From Malacoraja senta (Eukaryota): DNA of 64,000 nt. The stretch's first letter is position 1; each line of letters starts with the position of its first letter. Below the pieces are notes generated by a model, which saw only the letters and a program-made list of their open reading frames with translations, ran no database searches and was not told the origin of the DNA. This document shows positions 1-13,145 of the stretch, piece after piece. The stretch covers positions 1 to 64,000 of the forward strand of contig JAXLNO010000511.1 in assembly GCA_038087875.1 (NCBI GenBank), read 5' to 3'. The position numbers and the translations under genes are program-made.

Positions 1-633
1 AGCCATGCTGACTTCGACCTATTTTATCGTGAATTTCGAAGTACTTCGCAACCTCAACATTCATAATGGATTCTAAAATCTAACCAAGCACCGAAATCAG
101 ACTAACCGACCTTTTGTTCCCTCTATTGTGCTTTGCTCCCTTCATGTGCAGCGGGAATAATATTGGACTTTTCTAATCATCTGGGACCTCTCATGTCTCT
201 AGTGATTCTTAAAATATCACTGTCAATGCATGCACATTCTCTAAAGCCACCTCTTTATGAAACCTAGGGTGCTGTCCATCTGGTGCAGGTAAGATATCCA
301 CCTTCAGCCATTTCAGCTTCCCAAGTACTTTCTTCCTAGTAATAACCACTCCACTAAGTTCCACCCCTGACTCTCTAGAATTTCAGGCACATTGCTGGTG
401 TTTTCCGCTGTGAAGACTGGTGCAAAAAAGAAAGATTCAATTCCTCTGCCATTTCTTTATTCCCCATTATCACTTCTCCTGCATCATTCTCCAGCAACCC
501 AACTTCCACTCTTGCCTCTTTCTTACTTTTTATATAACTGAAGTCACTGCTGCTATCCCCATTTCTATTATTTGCTAGCTTACCTCCATATTTCATCTTT
601 TCTCCGCGTATTGCCCGTTTCGATATCTTCTAT
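1..633 (-). mobile_element. Old CR1-clade LINE ORF2 fragment (endonuclease-RT linker region)
   Basis: ORF 375..596 (-) reads FSYIKSKKEARVEVGLLENDAGEVIMGNKEMAEELN, a typical CR1 ORF2 linker; many disablements; appears to continue at ~3640-4185 beyond the young CR1 insertion. Confidence 0.8.
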
Positions 634-1913
634 TAGAAACATAGAAACATAGAAACATAGAAAGTAGGTGCGAGAGTAGACCACCAGGCCCATCGAGCCC
701 GCACCGCCATTCGCTCATGGCTGAACACTAAACAGACACCCTTACCCACAAACAGTAGACACAAGACACAGAACACAAGACACTACCCTCCCCTTTATAT
801 CGCTATCACCCCTCTCCACCCCAAGAACCGCGTGATCTCCTGGGGAGGCAAAAAAACGGATAAAAACCCAGGTCCAATTCGGGAAAAAAATCCGGGAAAT
901 TCCTCTCCGACCCCAATCCAGGCGATCGACACTTGTCCAGGAGATCACTCAGGTCTTACTATACTAACCATACCTAGGTCCATATCCCTGCCCTCTCCCC
1001 GTAGCCCCTTATCCCCTTGGCAGCTAAAAAAACATCTATTTTAGACTTAAATATATTTAATGTTTCTGCTTCCACTGCTCCCTGGGGCAGTGAATTCCAT
1101 AAATTAACCACCCTCTGGGTGAAGAAGTTCTTCCTCATCTCAGTTTTAAAAGAGCCCCCTCTTATTCTACAACTATGTCCCCTAGTTCTAGTTTCCCCGA
1201 TCATTGGGAACATCCTCGGTGCATCCACCCGATCAAGGCCCCTCACGATCTTATATGTTTCAATGAGATCGCCTCTCATTCTTCTAAACTCCAAAGAGTA
1301 GAGTTCCAGCCTACTTAACCTTTCCTCATATGTCAATCCCCTCATTGCAGGAATTAATCTTGTAAACCTTCGCTGCACTGCCTCCAGGGCCAGTACATCC
1401 TTTCTTAAGTATGGACCCCAGAACTGTACACAGTATTCCAAATGTGGTCTCACTAATACTGTGTACAGCTGCAGCAAGACCTCCGTGTTTTTATACTCAA
1501 TCCCCCTAGCAATAAAGGCCAAAACTCCATTGGCCTTCCTGATTGCTTGCTGCACCTGCATACTAACTTTTAGTGATTCATGTACTACTACCCCTAGATC
1601 CCTTTGCGTTGCATTACAACGCAGCTCCGCCTCATTTAGAAAATAAGTTGCCCTATCATTTTTTTTCCCAAAGTGAATGACTTCACATTTATTAGTATTA
1701 AATTTCATCTGCCAAGTTGTTGCCCACTCACCTAGCTTATCTATATCCTTTTGCAGACTCTTCCTATCCTCCTCATCCCCTACTTTTCCTCCAATTTGTG
1801 TATCGTCCGCAAATTTTGATATATTAGCACTTGGTTCCCTCCTCCAAATCATTTATATAAATTGTGAACAACTGGGGTCCCAGCACCGACCCTTGCGGAA
1901 CCCCGCTAGTTAC
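634..1913 (-). mobile_element. Young 5'-truncated CR1 LINE, copy 1 (RT C-terminus, 3' UTR, 8-bp tandem tail)
   Basis: ORF 974..1852 has FADD and [23 protein letters not shown] lies in an adjacent frame; 3' tail (ATAGAAAC)n at 634-662. Confidence 0.95.
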
Positions 1914-3640
1914 ATAGAAAGTAGGTGCGAGAGTAGACCACCAGGCCCATCGAGCCCGCACCGCCATTCGCTCATGGCTGAACACTAAACAGACACCCTT
2001 ACCCACAAACAGTAGACACAAGACACAGAACACAAGACACTACCCTCCCCTTTATATCGCTATCACCCCTCTCCACCCCAAGAACCGCGTGATCTCCTGG
2101 GGGAGGCAAAAAAACGGATAAAAACCCAGGTCCAATTCGGGAAAAAAATCCGGGAAATTCCTCTCCGACCCCAATCCAGGCGATCGACACTTGTCCAGGA
2201 GATCACTCAGGTCTTACTATACTAACCATACCTAGGTCCATATCCCTGCCCTCTCCCCGTAGCCCCTTATCCCATTGGCAGCTAAAAAAACATCTATTTT
2301 AGAATTAAATATATTTAATGTTTCTGCTTCCACTGCTCCCTGGGGCAGTGAATTCCATAAATTAACCATCCTCTGGGTGAAGAAGTTCTTCCTCATCTCA
2401 GTTTTAAAAGAGCCCCCTCTTATTCTACAACTATGTCCCCTAGTTCTAGTTTCCCCGATCATTGGGAACATCCTCGGTGCATCCACCCGATCAAGGCCCC
2501 TCACGATCTTATATGTTTCAATGAGATCGCCTCTCATTCTTCTAAACTCCAAAGAGTAGAGTTCCAGCCTACTTAACCTTTCCTCATATGTCAATCCCCT
2601 CATTGCAGGAATTAATCTTGTAAACCTTCGCTGCACTGCCTCCAGGGCCAGTACATCCTTTCTTAAGTATGGACCCCAGAACTGTACACAGTATTCCAAA
2701 TGTGGTCTCACTAATACTGTGTACAGCTGCAGCAAGACCTCCGTGTTTTTATACTCAATCCCCCTAGCAATAAAGGCCAAAACTCCATTGGCCTTCCTGA
2801 TTGCTTGCTGCACCTGCATACTAACTTTTAGTGATTCATGTACTACTACCCCTAGATCCCTTTGCGTTGCATTACAACGCAGCTCTACCTCATTTAGAAA
2901 ATAACTTGCCCTATCATTTTTTTCCCAAAGTGAATGACTTCACATTTATTAGTATTAAATTTCATCTGCCAAGTTGTTGCCCACTCACCTAGCTTATCTA
3001 TATCCTTTTGCAGACTCTTCCTATCCTCCTCATCCCCTACTTTTCCTCCCATTTTTGTATCGTCCGCAAATTTTGATATATTACACTTGGTTCCCTCCTC
3101 CAAATCATTTATATAAATTGTAAACAACTGGGGTCCCAGCACCGACCCTTGCGGAACCCCGCTAGTTACCGGTTGCCATCCCGAGTATGAACCATTTATC
3201 CCCACTCTCTGTTTCCTATTTGTTAGCCAATCCTCTACCCATGCTAATATATTACCCCCAATCCCATAATTTTTTATTTTTAGCAATAGTCTCTTATGTG
3301 GCACCTTGTCAAAAGCCTTTTGGAAGTCCAAGTATACCACATCCACCGGTTCCGCTTTATCCACCCGGGTTGTTACTTCCTCAAAGAATTCGAGCAGATT
3401 CGTTAAACAGGACTTCCCCTTCACAAAACCATGCTGGTTCTGTCCGATGAAGTCATGTTTATCCAAGTGCCCCGTTAGTGTTTCTTTAATAATTGTCTCT
3501 AACATTTTACCCACCACCGATGTTAGACTAACCGGTCTATAGTTACCCGCCTTCTGTTTACTTCCTTTTTTAAATATAGGTGTTACATTGGCCTTTTTCC
3601 AATCCACTGGGACCGTTCCTGCCTCCAGGGAGTTTTGAAA
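1912..3640 (-). mobile_element. Young 5'-truncated CR1 LINE, copy 2 (near-complete RT domain, 3' UTR)
   Basis: ORFs 2894..3649 and 2232..2819 contain [32 protein letters not shown] and FADD; nearly identical to copy 1 over the shared region; 1-nt frameshift in a T-run near 2917. Confidence 0.95.
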
Positions 3641-4185
3641 GCTACCCAATCCTTTGGCTACCCACTAATCTTCGCAATATTATGCGCTTTTTAGTTTTAT
3701 ACTGTCCCTGACTTACCTTGTGAGCCACGGTCGCCTCTATCTCCCCTTAGAATCTTTCTTCCCCTTCAGAATGAAAATATGCTGCACCTTCTGGCTTATT
3801 CGCAGAAATTCCTGCCATTGCTGTTCCACCGTCATCCCTGCTGGTGTACATTTGCAGCCTCCTTTGGCCATCTCCTCGCTCATGCCTCTGTAATCCCCTT
3901 TGCTCAGCTGCAATACAGACACACCCGATTTCACCTTCTCCCTCACAAATTGCAGATTAAACCTCATCATGTTGTGGTCGCTACCTCCTAATGGTTCCTT
4001 TATCTTGAGTTCCTTTATCAAATCCGGTTCATAACATAACACTAAATCCAGAATTGCCTTTTCCCAGGTTGGCTCAACTCCAAGCTGCTCTAACAATCCA
4101 TCTCGGAGACACTCTACAAATCCAGTACCAACCTCATTTTCCTGCATATTGAAATCTCCCATGACCGCCATAGCATTGCCTTTTT
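3641..4185 (-). mobile_element. Old CR1 LINE fragment (APE endonuclease C-terminal part)
   Basis: ORF 3737..4429 contains the endonuclease motifs VMGDFN, AILDLVL and LGGSDHN. Confidence 0.85.
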
Positions 4186-4986
4186 TGTTTGTTTCTATAT
4201 TCAGTCCATGCAGAACACGGAATCTTTTCGACAAATGGTTAATTCCTCGGTTTATTACGTTTGTTAATGAGACCGTTGCGCGATCTCCAATACTTGCGGA
4301 TTCTTCTGGGTATTTTTCATGTCGGAGAGTAATTTGAAGGCACAGAACATGGAACATTCCAGCACATGAACTGACAATGTCGGTGCTGAACATGATGTGA
4401 AGATAAAGTAACCTAATTTGCCTGCACATGATCCATTCCCTGCATACCCACGTGCCTATCTAAAACCCTCTTCAACGCCGTTATTGCATCCGCCCACCGC
4501 CACATGTGGCAGCGCATTCCTGGCACCAACCACCCTCACTGTCAAACGTTTCCCCTTTCATTTTAAAGTTATGCCCTTTCGCCTTTCCCTTCAACTATGG
4601 AGAATTTCTTTTCGACTGCCTACCATATCTTTGCATCTCAAAATGTTACATACTTTATCAGAACTCAGCTCTACCTATGTCCTTCCAGAGAAAACAATCC
4701 AAGTCTGTACAAACAAGACTTACAGCGAATACCCTCTAATCCAGTCCTAATGCTGGCAGATAATGTAGCATTGATACAAACAAACCCTCAAATTAACGTT
4801 ATTGGAAATGCAAAGCATGATTTTCACATCTCGTCCAAGATCATAAACCCAATGTAATATCTCTCCATGTTTTGTTATTACTTGCATTGAAATCAAGAGG
4901 GGAAAATCGTCAGCTGTAGAAAATATGCCACTGGTTGAAATTCCACCAAATGCATTCCACATGAGCCAGTGTTAAAATTTACAATT

Positions 4987-6372
<1,386 letters not shown>

Positions 6373-6388
6373 CTATATATATATTTAA

Positions 6389-6433
<45 letters not shown>

Positions 6434-6469
6434 TGTGCGTGTGTGTGTGTGTGTGCGTGTGTGCGTGTG

Positions 6470-6501
<32 letters not shown>

Positions 6502-6512
6502 TGTGTGTGTGT

Positions 6513-6555
<43 letters not shown>
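6373..6555 (+). repeat. Compound (TA)n-(TG)n-(CGTG)n microsatellite
   Basis: Directly visible alternating purine-pyrimidine tract. Confidence 0.97.
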
Positions 6556-6559
<4 letters not shown>

Positions 6560-6685
6560 AATGAAGGATTCGCAGGTGCTGGTTTAAAACGAAGATAGAC
6601 ACAAAAAGCTGGAGTAATTCAGCGGGACAGGTATCATGGAGAGAAGGAATGGGTGACGTTTCGGGTCGAGATCTTCTTCGGACGG
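6560..6685 (-). mobile_element. Penelope-like terminal-repeat fragment with degenerate minimal hammerhead motif
   Basis: Minus strand reads CCGAAGA-AGATCTCGACCC-GAAACGTC; same repeat family as the sequence 3' of the GIY-YIG ORF at 60215-60720. Confidence 0.6.
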
Positions 6686-7027
6686 TATATCGGTGGATAT
6701 GTGTATGTACACACCACACTGACCTATTTTTCTCTCGTTGATTATATTGTTTAGAATGTACTACGTTTACATATTCTGTTGTGCTGCTGCAAGTAACAAT
6801 ATCATTGTTCTAACTGGGACATATGACAATAAAACACTCTCGAATCTTGATTCTTGACTCTATAGGCAACGTTACCGGTCGGGCCGCTTCTTAAGTCCGA
6901 ACACGGCTCCTGACCGGTAATGTCGCAAATCCATTCCTTCCACAGATGCCGCCTGATCCGCCGAGTTACTCCAACGCGTTGTGTTTTATTTCTGAAAGAT
7001 TTTGAGTTAATCGCCAAGTAATGTTTT

Positions 7028-7231
7028 TGTAAAATGACTTGATTCCTACACAGAGTCTTTTACTGAGGGTTTATTATAATCACTAACACACACTATGCAA
7101 TAGCTGTCCGTGGTCATCACTGGAGCTAGAGAGCGGGCTGGTGGTGGGGACCTTGCAATTATACGAGAGACAATGGGGAGTGGTTAGTAGTGGTGAGGTC
7201 ACTATGTTAAAGGAACATGCACTGATCTACA
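7028..7231 (-). repeat. 3' LTR of the Gypsy element
   Basis: Direct repeat of 11545-11748; AATAAA on the minus strand; adjacent PPT. Confidence 0.97.
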
Positions 7232-7335
7232 TCCCTCCTCTTGGAAACAAACGCATGGCAATACACAGAGCGACCACGGCTCATACGCTAGGATTACAAA
7301 CCGCGCCGGGAACAGCTAATCGTGTCATAACAGAG

Positions 7336-10300
7336 CTAAGCGAGCTCCCCGTAACGGACAGGCGGCTTGACCAACCGGCCAGAGCGGGTGCGCAACCCGC
7401 ATTCCCCCTCAACCGCAGGAGCAGAAGGGACAGAGTCAGGGACAGAGGTGGGAGAGCCGGGCGGGGAACGAACCGGAGACGGAGGAGAACAGCGAGGCGA
7501 AACGGGCACGCTGGCAGGCGAGGCAGGGGAAAGAGGCTTGTGAGCGCGGGGCATAGAGAGCTGGGAGGGCAGTTTCCGCGTCATGCGAGGAGTGACAGGG
7601 GCTGGCGGAGCCTCTGGCAGAATGGAAGGGATAGGTGGCTGAATCGGGACCGCGGGAGGCGGAGGGGGCTCGTTGACGAGCAGGAGGTGCTGGCGTGACC
7701 GACGGTAGATAGCGCCCTCATAGTCGACGAGGTATGACCGGGGAGAGCCGGCATTACCAACCAGTACGGCCAGCATGTAGTGCCCGGAGGGGGACTGCAT
7801 CCGAACCACCTGGCCCGGGAACAGGCAAGGAAGCGGCCGGGCCGACTTGTCAAAGGAGCGCTTCTGGATGGCTTTCTTCTCGATGATGCGCTCTGTGACA
7901 GCGGCAGGGTTCTGGACCGAGGGTTTGAGGGACTGTTGCGAGACAGGGAGAGGTGATCTAGTGGTGTGGGACATGAGGCGATGGGCAGGTGAACCGAGCG
8001 CGGGGTCGCGGGAAATGTTGCGGAGGTTGAGGAGGGCAAGGTAGAAGTCGGAATGTGAAACGCGGCAGTGTTCCAGCAGCTCCTTGGCACTGCGGACGGC
8101 GCGTTCCGCAAGGCCGTTGCTCTGCGGGATCACTTAAGGCCAGCTGGTGATAAGGCGAAAGTTCCCAACGGGCAGCCAATTCAACTGGCACGAATGGCTC
8201 AGGACATCCGTCAGACTGGCTGCCGTTGTCCGATTGGAGGGTCACCGGGATCAGAAGGCAGCCCATCCTGCAAAAGTGGCGGCCGATGCTTCCCGATGCC
8301 GGCGGCAGAGGCTGATGGAAGGCAGCTGATCCACCTCAAACGCTTGCCACGCCATTCGAAAAGGTCCGTGGCAACAGACATCCACGGTAGCTCGTGGGCC
8401 GGCTGCTGCAGGATGGGCTGGCGCTGCTGATGAGGCAGGAGACTGTTACAGGCAGCGCAAGCGGAGACCGTGTCACGGATGTCCTGAGCCATACCTGGCC
8501 AGTAGAATTGGCTCTGGGCCTGGGACAATGTGGCCTCCACCCCGGGGTGGCCGTTGTGTGCAGATTTAAAATAGTGATCCCGCAGAGCGGCCGGCACCAC
8601 GACCTTGTGACCCTTCACCACCACGCCGTCGTGTCGCACCAGTTCATCACGAACCAGGAAGTAGGGCACGGCACCAGCCTGCAGGGAAGAGCGTCGGTCA
8701 GGCCAACCACGGCGAATAACGTCCGCCAGTTGTTGCAGGGCAGGATCATCAGCAGTGTGTTTGACCAGGGACTGCATCTGCTGGGAAGGAACAATGTTAA
8801 CGTTCAGTAACATCAGGTCAGACGATTCGTACGGGTGGCGGGCAACTGAAGGGAGCGGCGCACGGGACAATGTGTCGGCCACAAACATATCTTTGCCCTT
8901 GCGGTACACAATCCGGAACGTGAAACGCTGGAGCTGCAGCATCATCCGCTGCAACCGGGAAGAGGCGGCATGGATAGGCTTGTTCATAATAGTGACCAGC
9001 GGCTGGTGGTCAGTCTCAATGGTGAAGGTGTTGCCCAGAATGTAGTCCTTAAACATGGAGCAGGCGAACACCACGGCAAGTAGCTCCTTCTCGATCTGGG
9101 CATAACGTTGCTCGGCAGGGGTCCTGGTGCGAGAAGCGTAGGGGACAGGTAGCTGCAGGCCGTCATAAAGCTGCAGACATGCGGCACCGAGACCGAACTT
9201 AGAGGCATCACAAGTGAGGACAATTGGTCTGTGCAGATCGAAGAACTTGAGAGTCGGTGTGTGTGTGAGCTTGGACTTCAGAGCCACGAACGCCGACTGG
9301 TGATGCGGGAGCCAGACCCATGCGGAGTCCTTCTTGATCAGCTCCCTCAGGGGAGCATTCAGTTCGCTGAGGTCAGGTATGAACTTCCCCAGGTAATTGA
9401 CCATGCCCAGGGAGCGCTGCAGGCCGGGAACGTCAGAAGGAGCGGGCATCTTGGTGACTGCTGATGTTTTCTGGGGGTCAGGCTTTAAACCCCCGCCGTG
9501 AAAACGTGACCAACGTAAGTGACTTCCGGGACCCGGAACCGACACTTCTTGGGGTTGAGCTTGAGATTGATTTTACGAGCCCTCCGCAGGACTTTGCGGA
9601 GGTGCAGGTCGTGCTCAGCGACATCCCTCCCGTACACCAGGATGTCATCCACGATGATAGCGCACGGCAACCCAGCGAACAGCTGTTCCATGGTGCGCTG
9701 GAAAACCTCACTAGCCGAGTTGATCCCAGACGGCATGCGGAGGAAACGGAACCTGTCGAAAGGGGTGATGAAGGTGGTCAGGAATGAGGAACGTTCATCT
9801 AGAGGGATCTGCCAAAATGAGCTTTTGGCGTCTAAGACAGAGAAGACAGTGGCAGGACCGACCTGTGCAGCGACGTCCTCCACCGTCCGCATGGGGTAGT
9901 GCGGGCGCTTGATGGCCAGGTTCAGGTCCTTTGGGTTAATGCAGATCCGGATCTCGCTCTTGTCCTTCTTGGCAGCGACGACCATGTTTGAGACCCACCT
10001 GGTGGGAGCGCTCACCTCCTTGAGGATGCCCATGGTCACCATATCACGCAGAGTAGATTCCACGCGGCCCTTCATAGCAAAGGAGACGCGGTGGGCCGGT
10101 CGGACCACCGGGTCGACACTCGGGTCGACAACGATTTTATAGTCACAGGGCAATTTGCCCAAAATGTCATCAAAACGGTCGGGGTATTCGCCCAGGGGGT
10201 CCATGGGGTCCAGCACCGGGTGAATTCCGCGGTGGATAGAAACCAAGCCAAGGTCCTGGCACGCACGGGCGCCCTACAGGGTGACGTTGTCAGAATCCAG

Positions 10301-11449
10301 CAGGTGGAAGGTGAGGGGCCGAGAGGACTCAAGGCCTGTGCAAATAAGCGTGGCCTTCCCCACTGGAACTAGAACACCTCCCCCATAGGCATGAAGGCGG
10401 GTGTCGCCGGGAGTAACTCTCTCACCAGATCTTGTCCGCTTGAAGAGGCTGACAGACATAACATTTGCAAAGGCACCAATATCGACCTTGGCAGAGAATG
10501 AATGGCCATTCACAGTAACATGCACAGAGGGATCTGTTATCGTAGCAGGTGCACCCAAAAGCAAAAACACCGTTGAATCACCATGGCAGGAGCTCCTATC
10601 AGAGTCTGGGAGTTCATCCGACTGGTACTGATAACCAAGCGCGCTATCAGGGTCTGCAAGGTTGTTTAAATTCCTCCTTGGAGCAGGGACCGGCTTATCA
10701 CGGGACCGACAAGCCGCCGAAAAGTGGTTCAGTTTGCCACAGGAATTACAAGTCTTACCCTGCGCGGGGCAAACGTTGAACTGGTGGAAAGAAAAATTAC
10801 AATTGGGGCAACGGCGTCGGGTGACCTTAGCGGGCATTGCAGCGGGGTTTCGTCGTGGCGGACCAGCGTTCCGCCGGCAGCCAGCTGCACCGGTAAAGTT
10901 AATGTCCTGGGACACCGGTTGAGACACGGAGCTAATAGCAGAGGCAATACGAGCGGAATGCATGGCCTCCCTTAGTGTCAAATCAGGTTTCATGAGGAGC
11001 TCGTCACGCAGCTTAGCGTTCAGGAGACCATTGACCAGGACATCCCTGATCAATACGTCCGTGGAGATTGTTTCAAGGCGACAGCGCCGAGCCATATGAC
11101 GCAAAGAGGCAATGAAAGCGTCAATGTGCTCGCCGGGAATCTGCCGCCTCTGAAAGAATTTAAAGCGCTCAATAATGTTATTGGTAGGGATATCACAGAG
11201 GGCAGTGAATTTAGCCATGAGACATACCGGGTCACGACGGTCTTCTCCGGGGGCGAAGTCGAATGAAGCATAGTGATCCATGGCCTCCGGGCCAGCGAGC
11301 TTGAGCAGCAGGTGAGCCTGCACAGCAGGGGTGGCATCAGGATGAGCGATGGCTGTGTAATTTTCAAAGTCGCGCTGGAACACAGTCCAGCGGTGGACAA
11401 TGCCCGTGTCAAAGACCAAAGTGTCGGGTCGACGACAGGAGTTGGACAT
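7336..11449 (-). pseudogene. Gypsy gag-pol polyprotein, disrupted by frameshifts and small deletions
   Basis: Gag with two zinc knuckles (CPNC..H..C, CNSCGKLNHFSAAC); protease VDIGA (DTG-like); RT IVDD; RNase H TCDASKFGLG; integrase HHCC and D(ATDLF)-D(SDNG)-E(NGLAER) spread over ORFs 10274..11476, 9485..10246, 8211..9545, 7958..8266 and 7336..8133. Confidence 0.93.
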
Positions 11450-11544
11450 AATGAAAATGGGGGGAGACGTGAACAACTGGGAGAAAGCAAAGAATAAAAA
11501 GAAAACCGATAAACAGGAGACGCGAGTCTACCGCTGCGACACCA

Positions 11545-11748
11545 TGTAAAATGACTTGATTCCTACACAGAGTCTTTTACTGATGGTTTATTATAATCAC
11601 TAACACACACTATGCAATAGCTGTCCGTGGTCATCACTGGAGCTAGAGAGCGGGCTGGAGGTGGGGACCTTACAATTATACGAGAGACAATGGGGAGTGG
11701 TTAGTAGTGGTGAGGTCACTATGTTAAAGGAACATGCACTGATCTACA
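11545..11748 (-). repeat. 5' LTR of the Gypsy element
   Basis: Direct repeat of 7028-7231; followed on the minus strand by a TGG-starting PBS. Confidence 0.97.
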
Positions 11749-11801
11749 GTTTTGTCCAAAGCGGTTATTCTCTGTGACTGCGCATCTTTCTATTATTGCA
11801 G

Positions 11802-12701
11802 GTAATCTTATGGCGATTGTGATTCTATCTCGTGGGAACTGTGGTCTTTCCAAATGCATCACACGTTACATGGTTGCCATGGCTGTTGCAGACCTACTGG
11901 TGATAATATTTGATGTAGTATTATATGAGATTAATGACATGTATTTTCCGCTTTCCTTCTTGCATTATACTCCCGTTTGCAGTCTTAAAATTGCCCTTGT
12001 GTTCGCAGCCATTGATTGTTCGGTCTGGCTAACCGTTCCCTTCACATTTGACCGATACATCGCCATCTGTTGTCAGAAGTTGAGATTAAAATATTGCACC
12101 GAAAGAACTGCCGTCATAGTTATTGTGGCAGTGTCTGGATTAAGCTTTGTAGAAAATATCCCAATTTATTTTGAAAACGGGCACCAGGAGATCATTGACA
12201 ACGTGCCATGGTTCTGCAAAGTGAAGGCAAGTCTCTCCAGTTTACCAATATGGGTTGCATACTTCTTCTTCGACATTACCTTCACACCGTTTGTACCTTT
12301 CCTTTTGCTTGTGCTGCTTAATGTCCTGACCACCAGACATATTTTACAGGCTAGTCGGATAAGGAAGGGACTCCGGGGGGGGGGGGGGGGACGGGAAAAG
12401 CGAGGGTTGCACTGATCCGGAGGTTGTAAACCGCAGAAAATCGATCATTTTACTGCTCTCCATCTCAAGCTGTTTTATACTGCTATGGGTGGTAACATTT
12501 GTACATTACATATGCACACAATTTACAGGCGTTGAATTCATGCTCACAGATTACAACGATCCTTTCGCCATTATGGAGCACACTGGGTATATGCTGCAGT
12601 GCCTGAGTTCGTGCACCAACACATTTATTTATGCGGTGGCTCAGGCAAACTTCAGAGAATCATTGACGAATACGCTGAAATACTTTTACTTTATTGAATA
12701 A
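11802..12701 (+). CDS. Main coding exon of a class A GPCR of the GPR139/GPR142-like family expanded in cartilaginous fishes; +1 frameshift in the G16 run as written (pseudogene or sequence error)
   Basis: Acceptor ttattgcag at 11793-11801; NLMAIVILSRGNCGLSKCITRYMVAMAVADLL, FTFDRYIAICC, then in a shifted frame DPEVVNRRKSIILLLSISSCFILLW and TNTFIYA; stop at 12699-12701; the short first exon was not located. Confidence 0.88.
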
Positions 12702-12934
12702 ATTAGTTCTAACCTCGGACCAGAGATCACGTAGCGTTTTTTCATAATCTATTATCTAAATCAATTTACCTGTTGTCGCACATTAAAAAAATGTTTGGAC
12801 AGAGCATATATGGCATGCCGTTTGTGTTTCGAACATGAGCAACTCCACGAAAGCATCTCTGAAGTATTTATCAACTAACCTAAAGAAGCCAAGGCACGTA
12901 AATCAACCAGTCTTCATAGGTTCATAAAATGACA

Positions 12935-13145
12935 AATTGTAGGAGCACAATTAGGCCATTCCGCCCATCATGACTACTCTTCCATTCAATTATGGCCGAT
13001 CTATCTTTCAATCTTTACCCCATTATCCTGCCTTCTCCCGTTAACCACCGACACCCGCACAAATCAAGAATTTATCCATCTCCACCTGAAAAAATATCCA
13101 TCGACTTGGCCTCCACAGCCTTCTGTAGCAACCAATTCCACAATG
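12935..13145 (-). mobile_element. Decayed CR1 3'-end fragment
   Basis: gtaggagcacaattaggccattccgcccatc...attcaattatggccgatc resembles the CR1 3' UTR seen at 662-730 and 55620-55690. Confidence 0.7.

Larger units (their letters stand above)
7028..11748 (-). mobile_element. Full-length Ty3/Gypsy LTR retrotransposon (Mag-like), internally frameshifted
   Basis: Two 204-bp LTRs TG...CA (7028-7231, 11545-11748; 3 mismatches); 5-bp TSD GTTTT (7023-7027, 11749-11753); PBS TGGTGTC... next to the 5' LTR; PPT AAGAGGAGGGA at 7232-7242; gene order gag-PR-RT-RH-IN. Confidence 0.98.

Noticed and set aside
4200..4410. Candidate first exon of the GPCR (…SPILADSSG…)
   Set aside because: Only vague similarity to the expected YYPILA.GVP motif, with no suitable ATG/donor combination.
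7141..11497. Multiple plus-strand ORFs within the Gypsy element
   Set aside because: They are antisense shadows of the GC-rich gag-pol frame.
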